Virus record (IMG/VR): IMGVR_UViG_3300028734_000021
Span: 4,094-68,093 of that record
Source: a virus
DNA: 64,000 nt
Direction: 5' to 3' (one strand)
The notes beneath the pieces were generated by a model. It was not told where the DNA came from. It did no database searches and worked only from the letters and a program-made list of their open reading frames with translations. The position numbers and the translations under genes are program-made. The stretch's first letter is position 1, and each line of letters begins with the position of its first letter. Positions 19,423 to 27,848 of this stretch are shown piece by piece.

Positions 19423-19980
19423 ATGTCAAAAGAAGAAGTATTGCCAGTTGAAGGTTTAGAAGAAGGTGTTGTTACTGCAACTGATGTAACAACTGAAGAA
19501 GTTAAGAAAGAAAAGAAAGTTCAAACTCCTGAAGAAGAAGCTATTCTTGTTGCTGGTGTTGCTAAATTACGCGAAATTGGTATCGATGAAAAACTTTCAG
19601 TTGTTCTTGATCTTGTTAGTGGTTGGAACGGTGATAAAACCGAATTGACTGCAAAAAAGGATGCTGTTATCAAAGCATTTGAAGGTTCAGATAATTTGAA
19701 AAATTATATTGATGGTGATTTCCAAACAGCTATGGTTCCTTTTCAGGGGATTTCAAAAGTTATGCCGGTATTGAATAACATCAAATCTTTTTATGCTCGT
19801 CGCGAAAACGCTGTTTCTACGAAGAAAGCTAAATTGGTTCAAATATCAATCAGTGGTGTTATCTACAATGTTGATCCAATTTATATGGATTCAGTTGCAG
19901 CTGAACCAAAAGATGTTCGTAAAGCACTTATTCTTGCTCACGCTTCTACCGTTAAAGTTGAAGTTGCTGAATTGTTCTAA
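19423..19980 (+). CDS. Hypothetical protein, paralog of 33638..34315
   Basis: Start moved to ATG 19423; collinear similarity by eye; less AT-biased codons suggest high expression. Confidence 0.75.
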   Translation: MSKEEVLPVEGLEEGVVTATDVTTEEVKKEKKVQTPEEEAILVAGVAKLREIGIDEKLSVVLDLVSGWNGDKTELTAKKDAVIKAFEGSDNLKNYIDGDFQTAMVPFQGISKVMPVLNNIKSFYARRENAVSTKKAKLVQISISGVIYNVDPIYMDSVAAEPKDVRKALILAHASTVKVEVAELF

Positions 19981-20012
19981 ACCAACAAAACAATAAGTTT
20001 ACAAAGTAAGTA

Positions 20013-20048
20013 AAAAACATTTGGAACAATTTTGTTCCAAATGTTTTT
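20013..20048 (+). terminator. Intrinsic terminator
   Basis: AAAAACATTTGGAACAA / TTGTTCCAAATGTTTTT. Confidence 0.7.
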
Positions 20049-20077
20049 CTTTAAAATTTTTATTTCAAATTAAAAAC

Positions 20078-20523
20078 GGGGGTGTTTGGTTTTGACAGCA
20101 ATTTCAATAGGATTTAATGCAGCCGATGTTGAGTAAGTCATCGTTAAAAAGATTCACAATTATTAATCGACAAAAAACAAAACATTCAGAAGGATAACAA
20201 GGTTATTGCTTTTGTAAGTAACGTAGTTAAAAGTGCAATGTCTAAATGGAATGAAGTTGATGAAACTCCGGTTTATTCAATTAATCGTTCACAATTAGCA
20301 ATGGCTGTTTAATCTTAGATTTTTATTTTGTATTAAAAGGTTATGTGTTTGAGTAAAAACACTTTGGTGTGATTTGGAGGATAACTCACGTTTTCATTCA
20401 GTCCCAATATTTTGTTTGTTTTTAATTAATTGAAATGTTTAATCAATTAATATAAAATAAAATAAGCTGTAGATTTAAATTTGTTTGGTTGTTTGGACGG
20501 CGGTTCGACTCCGCCCACTTCCA
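20078..20523 (+). ncRNA. ssrA: tmRNA
   Basis: 5' GGGGGTG-TTTGGTTTTGAC; 3' TGGAC-GGCGG-TTCGACT-CCGCC-CACTTCC-A; G3:U70 Ala identity; tag frame 20169-20312 ending LAMAV*; CCA not encoded. Confidence 0.92.
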
Positions 20524-20699
20524 GGATTACAATGTAATATACCTTCACGTGGTGTAGTCTGTTTAAACTAAAATATTACAAATGAAAGAAGAAAGATTTA
20601 GATATTTTGAAAAAGACGCTTTTCAAAAAGTACAATACATCACATATTGAATACTCAATATCTTGATGAACGAATTGAAAAAGATTTAATTTAAAAAAT

Positions 20700-20759
20700 A
20701 CCGATTACGGACCGGTCATCTACCGAAGTTTATCTTCGCTTATTGACATTCCGATCGGT
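20700..20759 (+). ncRNA. Unnamed structured RNA hairpin
   Basis: Nested pairings ACCGAT/ATCGGT, CGGA/TCCG, GTCA/TGAC, CGAAG/CTTCG; GC-rich relative to background. Confidence 0.45.
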
Positions 20760-20794
20760 TTTATAAAATCCACAAAAACTGGGATTGTCCGGTA

Positions 20795-20995
20795 AGATAT
20801 ATAGTGGTTGAGTTTTCGAGAAAGTTTGGTTCTCTTTGACAAAATATAAATCCACGCACATTAATGAAACTTAATGTACTCTTGCAAATGTTGTAACCTA
20901 TATGGATCAGTTAAATGTACCATAGGTAAATGCAAAATGAACTATCTACGAAGAACACGTGTAAATCCGGTCTGATCAACCGTTAAGAAACTCGT
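20795..20995 (+). ncRNA. Unnamed multi-stem, pseudoknotted RNA candidate
   Basis: Several nested stems plus long-range complementarities GATCAG/CTGATC and GAGTTT/AAACTC; no ORF; followed by a terminator. Confidence 0.55.
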
Positions 20996-21015
20996 ATTTG
21001 TTATTGGTTTTAATT

Positions 21016-21059
21016 TCAGTGTTGTTTCCAGTTTAACTGAACACTGATTTTTTTTTTTT
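21016..21059 (+). terminator. Intrinsic terminator
   Basis: TCAGTGTT...AACACTGA followed by T12. Confidence 0.7.
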
Positions 21060-21266
21060 GATTGTGTTATGAATTTTATGATTTAATTTTTTAGAATCTA
21101 TATGATTCACAAAATAAACCTTTACAGTCAAATTTTGGTAATATTAATAATTTAATTCATTTTATGATAGGTGAAGTCTAAAACCTGCCCTGGTGGCACA
21201 GCTTCAGAAAATTAATAAATTAATTTTCAAAGGGGAAAACCGCAAATGGAAAACTTTCCCCGAAAT

Positions 21267-21338
21267 GGTCTTATCGAATATCGGTTAGTTCGTCAGGTTT
21301 TCATCCTGGAAAGTGGGGTTCGATTCCCCGTGAGACTA
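21267..21338 (+). tRNA. tRNA-Glu(TTC)
   Basis: GGTCTTA/TGAGACT acceptor; TCAGG-TTTTCAT-CCTGG anticodon arm; GGTTCGATTCC T arm. Confidence 0.88.
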
Positions 21339-21586
21339 CAAAAATTCTCACCGTATTATCAATTGAAGAACATAAAACAAGGATAAAACAATTTAGATAC
21401 CTTATTAAAGTTTCACAAAATTGACTATATAAATATCGTGAGAATTGTTTATTAAAATTGAGAGCTGTTACATTCACTCAATGAAAAAGTGTTTACCGTG
21501 CTTTGTTCAAACTTTTGTTTGGCACCCGTAACGGTTAACTGTTAATCTAACAGAAAATAAACATAAGTTTATTGAAATTGATTGGA

Positions 21587-21676
21587 GAAGAATAGGTGTG
21601 AGTGGTACTATGCACAGGAAAATAATTTTCAATAAAATAATTTTTCAGGGAATCGGTTCGAATCCGATATTCTTCA
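21587..21676 (+). tRNA. tRNA-like RNA with elongated anticodon arm (identity undetermined)
   Basis: Perfect GAAGAAT/ATTCTTC acceptor; ATCGG-TTCGAAT-CCGAT T arm; D loop AGTGGTA; anticodon arm replaced by a 13-bp AT stem with CAAT loop. Confidence 0.6.
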
Positions 21677-21993
21677 CAAGGAATTTTAGAAATAAAATTT
21701 CGTTTTTAAGTATATTAAATTAAGTTATAAGATGTTTTTAATGATAAATCATTAAAAATTTGATTTTCTATTTCTTTAATTATTTGGAAGTTGTTTGATC
21801 TGAATTAACAGGGATTTTGAGGAAATTACGGTATTTCCAAGCAACTTCTATTTATTGTTCTTGGGTTGGTTATTCACTTATCTATAAGAGAACTTTCTTT
21901 CAAGCAAGTAATAATGAATTTTTGGTCAATGTTGTAATTTTTGAACAAACCTAAAATTCATTTATTGAAAATTATTAAAAACAATATATTTTT

Positions 21994-22067
21994 GGGAATG
22001 TAGCTCAGTTGGTTAGAGCATCGCACTGTTAATGCGAAAGTCATTGGTTCGAGTCCAGTCTTGCCCG
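21994..22067 (+). tRNA. tRNA-Asn(GTT)
   Basis: TAGCTCAGTTGGTTAGAGC D arm; TCGCA-CTGTTAA-TGCGA; T arm; G73; two acceptor-stem mismatches. Confidence 0.85.
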
Positions 22068-22175
22068 CTAAACAATAATTTCAACGAAGCATGAAATATT
22101 TGTTGTAAGTTTAAAAACAACCGAGTTTTAAACTGAGAATATTAATTGTGGAGAAATTATTGTTTTTTAAAAATT

Positions 22176-22246
22176 TGTCCGATGGTGTAATGGTAGCACA
22201 CAAGTCTTTGGTTCTTGGTGTCCAGGTTCGAACCCTGGTTGGACAA
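22176..22246 (+). tRNA. tRNA-Gln(TTG)
   Basis: TGTCCGA/TTGGACA acceptor; CAAGT-CTTTGGT-TCTTG; CCAGG-TTCGAAC-CCTGG. Confidence 0.88.
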
Positions 22247-22328
22247 CAAATTTAAATAAATAAGTTCGTGAGAATGTCAGTATTTAAGTAATTCGTTTAT
22301 AGGTTTTGTGTTATATGTGTATTAAATT

Positions 22329-22365
22329 AAGGGAAATTTTTATTCGTAAAAATTTCCTTTTTTTT
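22329..22365 (+). terminator. Intrinsic terminator ending the RNA island
   Basis: AAGGGAAATTTTT / AAAAATTTCCTTT followed by T-run. Confidence 0.6.
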
Positions 22366-22406
22366 AAATCATTTTTTAAAAAGTTAAAATATTTTTAATT
22401 TGAATA

Positions 22407-22436
22407 CCTATATTATCTAAAAAATAAGGATATAAA
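22407..22436 (+). promoter_or_regulatory. Phage promoter motif
   Basis: CCTATA-N15-GGATATAAA. Confidence 0.6.
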
Positions 22437-22477
22437 TATAAAGAATAATTTAGATAATCATTTAAAAATAAATATAA

Positions 22478-22936
22478 ATGACGAGAATTAATTCAGCTAT
22501 AAATCCAAAAAATTTAACTGATGAACATTTGTTAGCAGAACATCGTGAAATAAAACGATTATGTAATGTTTTTTATAAAAGAAATTTAATTCATGATTTT
22601 TCTGGAATTAAAAATCAATTTACTCTTGGAAGTGGACATGTTTTATTTTTCATAAATAAACCAGTTTTCACAAAGAAAAGATATATTGCAATTTATGATG
22701 AATGTTTAAAAAGAAATTTTAAAATTGAAAATTATTTAAATAATTGGGATGTTTATAATGGTTCTAAATTTGAAAATGTTTATTATAAAACAACATATAA
22801 AGAACAATTATTATTATCAATAAGAATTGAAGAAAGAATAAATGATTCTTCAAAAAGTTTTTTTCATTATTATGGTGAAAAAATATCTAAAGAAAAAGCA
22901 ATTGAAATTCTGTTAAAAGATAATTTTTATGAATAA
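22478..22936 (+). CDS. denV: Pyrimidine dimer DNA glycosylase / endonuclease V
   Basis: MTRIN..LTDEHLLAEHREIKR, FTLGSGHVLFF: T4 DenV signature. Confidence 0.9.
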   Translation: MTRINSAINPKNLTDEHLLAEHREIKRLCNVFYKRNLIHDFSGIKNQFTLGSGHVLFFINKPVFTKKRYIAIYDECLKRNFKIENYLNNWDVYNGSKFENVYYKTTYKEQLLLSIRIEERINDSSKSFFHYYGEKISKEKAIEILLKDNFYE

Positions 22937-23198
22937 TAAAATGTTAGGAATACTTGGATTATATGGAGCTGCACTTAGTATGATGTCAGATAATAGAAGT
23001 ATGTATACTGATGGAAATAAAAGAAGAGTTTCAGTTGAAAATTTATCAGATGAAACAAAAATTCTTTTAAAACAAAGAAATGATAGAAATAAAATTGATG
23101 CAAAGAATAAACATTTGAAAAAATTTGAAATATCAGGTGAAATTTATTATGGTTGTAATTATGAATCAGCTTATAAAAAATATAAAAAACATATTTAA
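22929..23198 (+). CDS. Hypothetical protein
   Basis: Coupled ORF. Confidence 0.65.
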   Translation: MNNKMLGILGLYGAALSMMSDNRSMYTDGNKRRVSVENLSDETKILLKQRNDRNKIDAKNKHLKKFEISGEIYYGCNYESAYKKYKKHI

Positions 23199-23408
23199 AT
23201 GAAAAATAAAAAATTTCAACTTCATGATACTGATAAATCAATGGAAGATTATGTTGAAGAAATAATATTAAAAATTTCAGAAAAATTAATAAAATTAAAA
23301 AATAATGAAATCACAACAGAAATGATTTTACTTAATTTAAATATTGATTTGCCTGTCGACATAACTTTATGTATTAAAGCAATTATGAATCCAGCAATAC
23401 TTAATTAA
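23199..23408 (+). CDS. Hypothetical protein
   Basis: Operon ORF. Confidence 0.6.
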   Translation: MKNKKFQLHDTDKSMEDYVEEIILKISEKLIKLKNNEITTEMILLNLNIDLPVDITLCIKAIMNPAILN

Positions 23409-23410
23409 AA

Positions 23411-23785
23411 ATGAAAAAAATAATTTTATCTTTATTGTTATTATCATTTTCTTTTTGTTTAACTTTTTCTCAAACAAAAGAAAATATTGTTTATAAATTT
23501 GATAGTTGTTCTATTAGTCTATTGAATAAAAATAGAATAACTTATGATGTTTGTTTTACTTTGGAAAAACATCAAATAACATTTAATAAAAAATTCGTAT
23601 TTATTGATAAAATTAAATATGTTGTTTATTCAATAAATAATGTTGAAGATTGTATTGAAATTTTAGTAAATAAAAATTTACCATCTGAAAGAACAATAGA
23701 AATTTGTACTGATAGTATTGGAACATTTGCATCATTATCTGCAACAAAAAAATCAAAAACAATTTATTGGAAAAATTTTTATTAA
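23411..23785 (+). CDS. Secreted hypothetical protein
   Basis: Signal peptide MKKIILSLLLLSFSFCLTFSQ. Confidence 0.65.
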   Translation: MKKIILSLLLLSFSFCLTFSQTKENIVYKFDSCSISLLNKNRITYDVCFTLEKHQITFNKKFVFIDKIKYVVYSINNVEDCIEILVNKNLPSERTIEICTDSIGTFASLSATKKSKTIYWKNFY

Positions 23786-23787
23786 TT

Positions 23788-24198
23788 ATGAAGAAAATTA
23801 AAATACAATTGATTTTTGATATAAATGAAATTGAGAGATATTCAGAAAATTTTTTAAATTTAAAAAATGAAATTTATTCAGGAGAATTTCAAAGAGAATT
23901 TTCAAAAAACATAATATCTAATCAATATTTTAAACCTGAAAGAGATTATATTCCTGAAAAAGTAAAAGCATCAATATTGATAAATAATTTAAACAAAGGT
24001 TTTTATCAAATAATATATACGATAAATTTCAATATTTCTGAAATTGGTTTTAAATCATCAGAATTTATTGAATTTAAAAATCATATTGAAAATGGTGAAA
24101 TGAAAAAAGAATTTGAAACAATAACAGATTCAAAAAATAAAACACCTGAAAAGTGTTTCAAACCAAAAAACTTAACAATAATATTAATAATAAAATAA
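23788..24198 (+). CDS. Hypothetical protein with a duplicated domain
   Basis: Start 23788; FDINEI..FLNLKNEIYSGEFQREF / FNISEI..FIEFKNHIENGEMKKEF. Confidence 0.65.
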   Translation: MKKIKIQLIFDINEIERYSENFLNLKNEIYSGEFQREFSKNIISNQYFKPERDYIPEKVKASILINNLNKGFYQIIYTINFNISEIGFKSSEFIEFKNHIENGEMKKEFETITDSKNKTPEKCFKPKNLTIILIIK

Positions 24199-24206
24199 AA
24201 ATATTT

Positions 24207-24512
24207 ATGGTTGTAACTTTCGGAGTAATACTGAATGTTATGTTTTGTTTGAATTTATATAATATTCCAAATAATTCCAAATATAATTTGTTACAAAAAG
24301 AAAATTATGTAACTATTGTTGAAGAATATGGTATATCATCGATAAGTATTAATTCAAACATAAATATAATAACAACCGATTTACCTGTCATTTATTTGAC
24401 AAATAATAAAATCCTTAAAAGTTATGATTATGTATTTTCGCGGAAAATAATTATATGGGATTGGGGTAGTTCGGCACGATACGAAAAATTACTAATTGAT
24501 TTTGATTTGTAA
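24207..24512 (+). CDS. Hypothetical protein
   Basis: Start moved to ATG 24207. Confidence 0.5.
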   Translation: MVVTFGVILNVMFCLNLYNIPNNSKYNLLQKENYVTIVEEYGISSISINSNINIITTDLPVIYLTNNKILKSYDYVFSRKIIIWDWGSSARYEKLLIDFDL

Positions 24513-24657
24513 TAAAGGTCTAATTAAAATCAATTGCTTTACAGGAAATTAAGCTATATGTAATTCTTTTTAGGTGTGTGTTTCTTAACAGTTCACACAT
24601 TTTCAAATAAAAAGTCTTCAAGAGTGAAGCAATTAAAAAATAATTAAAAATAATATT

Positions 24658-24867
24658 ATGAAAGATTTTTATTTTTCACAAAAATTGAAAACTTCTATTA
24701 TTAAAATAAAGAAAAACAAAAAATTACATTTTGTTTCAGCTTACATTAAAGGAAAAGAATTTACTGAATGTGTTGAATCAGGTAAAAAACCATTATTGGA
24801 ATATGATGATAATGTTTTTATTTGTTCAGGTTTTGAAGAAGAAATAAAATATAAAATAATGAAATAA
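24658..24867 (+). CDS. Hypothetical protein
   Basis: Operon ORF. Confidence 0.6.
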   Translation: MKDFYFSQKLKTSIIKIKKNKKLHFVSAYIKGKEFTECVESGKKPLLEYDDNVFICSGFEEEIKYKIMK

Positions 24868-24872
24868 TAATT

Positions 24873-25454
24873 ATGTTTGAAATACAATTAAATAATTTAC
24901 TGCCTTATATTGGAAACAATATTGTTATTAAACATTTATATTATCTTTCCAATTATAATGGAAATGAATTTGGTATTTTAAATGGTGTTTATCCTCTTTA
25001 TGATAAAGATAAGAATTTATTTTGGCAATATACAACAGATAATAATTCAACAGGACAATCACTAAAATATTGTTTACCATTATTGAAACCATTATCTGAT
25101 ATTATTAATATGCAAACTGATAATAAAGTTCCAATTATTGAATGTTCAAGATTAGCTGGATTAGATATGAAATTTGAAAATGAATATATATTCAGAATAG
25201 AAAATAATACAGTTATTTGTGAAAGACAAAAATCAACAAAAACTTTCATAGGATTTGAAATTGATTTAGATGATTTTGGATTTGATTCATATAAAGTAAC
25301 GAAAACAAAAAATGGAGATATAATTAATTTTCTTCCAGTTCAAAATCCTGATTTAATTATAACATATCTTTATTCAAAAGGATTTGATGTTCAAAACTTA
25401 ATTGAAAATAAAATGGCTTTAAATATAAATGATTTTCCACAATTCCAATATTAA
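24873..25454 (+). CDS. Hypothetical protein
   Basis: PLLKPLSD..YLYSKGFDVQNLIE pattern recalled from Bacteroidetes phages. Confidence 0.7.
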   Translation: MFEIQLNNLLPYIGNNIVIKHLYYLSNYNGNEFGILNGVYPLYDKDKNLFWQYTTDNNSTGQSLKYCLPLLKPLSDIINMQTDNKVPIIECSRLAGLDMKFENEYIFRIENNTVICERQKSTKTFIGFEIDLDDFGFDSYKVTKTKNGDIINFLPVQNPDLIITYLYSKGFDVQNLIENKMALNINDFPQFQY

Positions 25455-25455
25455 T

Positions 25456-25776
25456 ATGACAAAAGATTATTTATATTATAAATTAACAGGAACTGAAATT
25501 CCAAAATTTATTAATGAAAGAGAAAATATTATTATTGATAAATGTCTTGAAATTATTAATGATCGTGAATTAGAACTTTTTGAAAGAAATTCAGATTATA
25601 ATAAACTTGATGAAAAATATCAAGCTCTTTTATTGGTAAATAAAATTAGTAATAAAATGAATGGAAATCCAATTTTTACAAAAAAGAAAAAATTCATTAA
25701 AACAATAATTTTTGATGATATTGAAGATGAAAATTTTTCAGGAACTTTTGCAAACCATTTAAATTCAGAAGATTAA
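25456..25776 (+). CDS. Hypothetical protein
   Basis: Start moved to ATG 25456. Confidence 0.6.
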   Translation: MTKDYLYYKLTGTEIPKFINERENIIIDKCLEIINDRELELFERNSDYNKLDEKYQALLLVNKISNKMNGNPIFTKKKKFIKTIIFDDIEDENFSGTFANHLNSED

Positions 25777-25779
25777 ATT

Positions 25780-26382
25780 ATGTACCCATTTAAATTAGAA
25801 GATAATTATTTCATTCAAGGTTTTGAACGTTATTCTGAAGTGTTTGATAAAGTACTCCAATTAGGAGGTGAACAAAATGTTCTTTTCAAAGGTAAAATAT
25901 TGAATGTTAAAGAAGATATTGCTTGTTTATGTGTTGAACATAATATTCAACGTTGTAAATATAAAAATTATAATCCCGATACTTTTCAACCTGATGGAAT
26001 AAAAGTTCAAGGTTTTAATTGGGCTGTTTTTTCAATTCAAAGTATTTGCGAAGAAAAATTAAAATATTGTGTGATTTATAAAGGTCAACAAAGGAAAGTT
26101 GAATATACTCCAAATAAAGTTGATAAAGGAATAATTATTATTGGTACAGGACCAGTTGGACGATTAGTTACAAATATTCCTGAATTTGAAAAAGTTAATG
26201 AAGATTTAGATTTAAATTTATCGAGTTTTGCTGAAAACATAAATAATGATTTATTTAAAAAAGTAAATACCTTATATTCTGAAAATAAAAAAGCTTTCAA
26301 ACCTCAAAAGAAAGAAAGAAATTCAAATATGTTTGATTCTCGTTCAGAATGTGGTAAATCTAAAATAAGAAAAATGAAATAA
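25780..26382 (+). CDS. Hypothetical protein
   Basis: Operon ORF. Confidence 0.7.
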   Translation: MYPFKLEDNYFIQGFERYSEVFDKVLQLGGEQNVLFKGKILNVKEDIACLCVEHNIQRCKYKNYNPDTFQPDGIKVQGFNWAVFSIQSICEEKLKYCVIYKGQQRKVEYTPNKVDKGIIIIGTGPVGRLVTNIPEFEKVNEDLDLNLSSFAENINNDLFKKVNTLYSENKKAFKPQKKERNSNMFDSRSECGKSKIRKMK

Positions 26383-26410
26383 AAATCAATGTTTATTTGA
26401 TTTATATTTA

Positions 26411-26486
26411 ATAGGTATTCGAACCAAAAAATTATTTAAATTTTTTGGTTCGAATACCTATTTTATTTGAAATTAATGGATATATA
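26411..26486 (+). promoter_or_regulatory. Stem-loop fused to phage promoter motif
   Basis: ATAGGTATTCGAACCAAAAAATT / AATTTTTTGGTTCGAATACCTAT stem overlapping CCTATT-N15-GGATATATA (26457-26486). Confidence 0.7.
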
Positions 26487-26533
26487 AATTATATTAAATA
26501 TTTCCAACTTATTAATTTAAACAATATTATATT

Positions 26534-26863
26534 ATGTTTAATGATGCAAAGATTTTTCAGAAGGGTGAAAAAGTAAGAATAAAACATACTTTAATTGAAT
26601 GTATTATTTTTGATAAATTTGATTGTTCAAAACCAAAATATTGGGTATTATTTGATGGAAAAATAATTGAAAAAACTGAAAATGATTTATCTTATAATGT
26701 TTTAAAAACATGGAAAATCAATATTTTTGAAATTTACAAATTAATAAAAATACAATATTTTTATTTTTTTGGAACAAATTCAAAACAAATAAAAAATTCC
26801 AATATTAAAATATTGTTTGGAATTTGTGTTGGGATATTAATAACAATAATTTTTAAACATTAA
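26534..26863 (+). CDS. Hypothetical protein with C-terminal TM segment
   Basis: ORF after promoter. Confidence 0.6.
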   Translation: MFNDAKIFQKGEKVRIKHTLIECIIFDKFDCSKPKYWVLFDGKIIEKTENDLSYNVLKTWKINIFEIYKLIKIQYFYFFGTNSKQIKNSNIKILFGICVGILITIIFKH

Positions 26864-26867
26864 TATT

Positions 26868-27182
26868 ATGAAAAAATTAATAATAATTGATGGTAAAAAA
26901 ACTAATATATCTGATTTAAAACATTTTACTAAATCTGATTTAGTTATTGAAACATATAAGAAAATCAATATATTCCATTATGGAGATTTAGTTGAAAATC
27001 CACTTTGGTGGCATAAACAAAATCTTAGTCAAACAGCAACTGGTTATGGTTCAAAATTAACCACATCAAAAATGATTTATTTTGAAAATAAATTAAGACG
27101 AATTTATTGCACAATATATTCAAATTCAGGAACAACTTGGTTCACTTATAAAGGTGAAGAAATTATTGTCAATAATTATTGA
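26868..27182 (+). CDS. Conserved phage hypothetical protein
   Basis: WW..TATGYGSKLTT..RRIYC..YSNSGT motif recalled from diverse phages. Confidence 0.7.
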   Translation: MKKLIIIDGKKTNISDLKHFTKSDLVIETYKKINIFHYGDLVENPLWWHKQNLSQTATGYGSKLTTSKMIYFENKLRRIYCTIYSNSGTTWFTYKGEEIIVNNY

Positions 27183-27225
27183 AATTAAAAACACACAAAC
27201 TCAAATATTTATAAAACACACAAAA

Positions 27226-27843
27226 ATGCAATACACATCAAAACAAGAAAGAAGAGTACAAGTTAAAAAGGCAATAAATAATATTATTGCAGCTTCGAAT
27301 GGAATTTGGACATCAGTAAAAGATCCTGAAAAATCATTATCAGCTATATGTAAAGATGCTGGTTTAGATACAAACTGGACAGCTGCAACAGTAAAAACTT
27401 TACGAGAAGAAACAAATTTCGGTATGGTTCAAGGAATTGCAAGTGGTATAAGATACATATTTCCAACAGATTTGTATTCCGATATTGATAAATTAGTTGA
27501 AAAAGTTGTTATTAATCATGGAAATCAAAAACAATCAAAATCAACTGATACTCAAGCTTTTGTAACAAAAGAAGAAAAAATCAAACCAGGTAAAATTTCA
27601 AAAATTGAAAGAAGAACACATTTTAATATTGATGATAAAGTTTTCATTTTAAATTTGAAAAATGGTTTGATTTGTGAAGTTGAAATTATTGGTGTTTTTA
27701 AAGAAAAAGACGGAACATATCTTCATGATTTAAATTTTGGTAATGAAGAATTTGAAAAAAACATACCAAATAATGCTTTATTCGAATCTGTTGAACAATT
27801 GGTAACTTGTCTTTCTAAACGTGTACAAAAATTTCAAAAATAA
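27226..27843 (+). CDS. Hypothetical protein, possibly DNA-binding
   Basis: Start 27226; LSAICKDAGLD HTH-like segment; SH3-like C-terminus. Confidence 0.6.
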   Translation: MQYTSKQERRVQVKKAINNIIAASNGIWTSVKDPEKSLSAICKDAGLDTNWTAATVKTLREETNFGMVQGIASGIRYIFPTDLYSDIDKLVEKVVINHGNQKQSKSTDTQAFVTKEEKIKPGKISKIERRTHFNIDDKVFILNLKNGLICEVEIIGVFKEKDGTYLHDLNFGNEEFEKNIPNNALFESVEQLVTCLSKRVQKFQK

Positions 27844-27848
27844 ATAAA

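Noticed and set aside
20545-20650. tRNA-like GGTGTAGTC start and a 22-codon ORF after the tmRNA
   Set aside because: No T arm or acceptor partner; ORF too short and unsupported
20810-20947. RNase P RNA (GAGAAAGT.., TAGGTAAATG, CAAAATGAACTA resemble conserved regions)
   Set aside because: P4 bulge geometry, P2/P3 and the specificity domain cannot be built by eye; left as an unnamed ncRNA pending cmsearch
21587-21676. Opal suppressor/Sec (TCA) or Leu (CAA) tRNA
   Set aside because: No 5-bp stem with 7-nt loop can be drawn, so no anticodon is assignable
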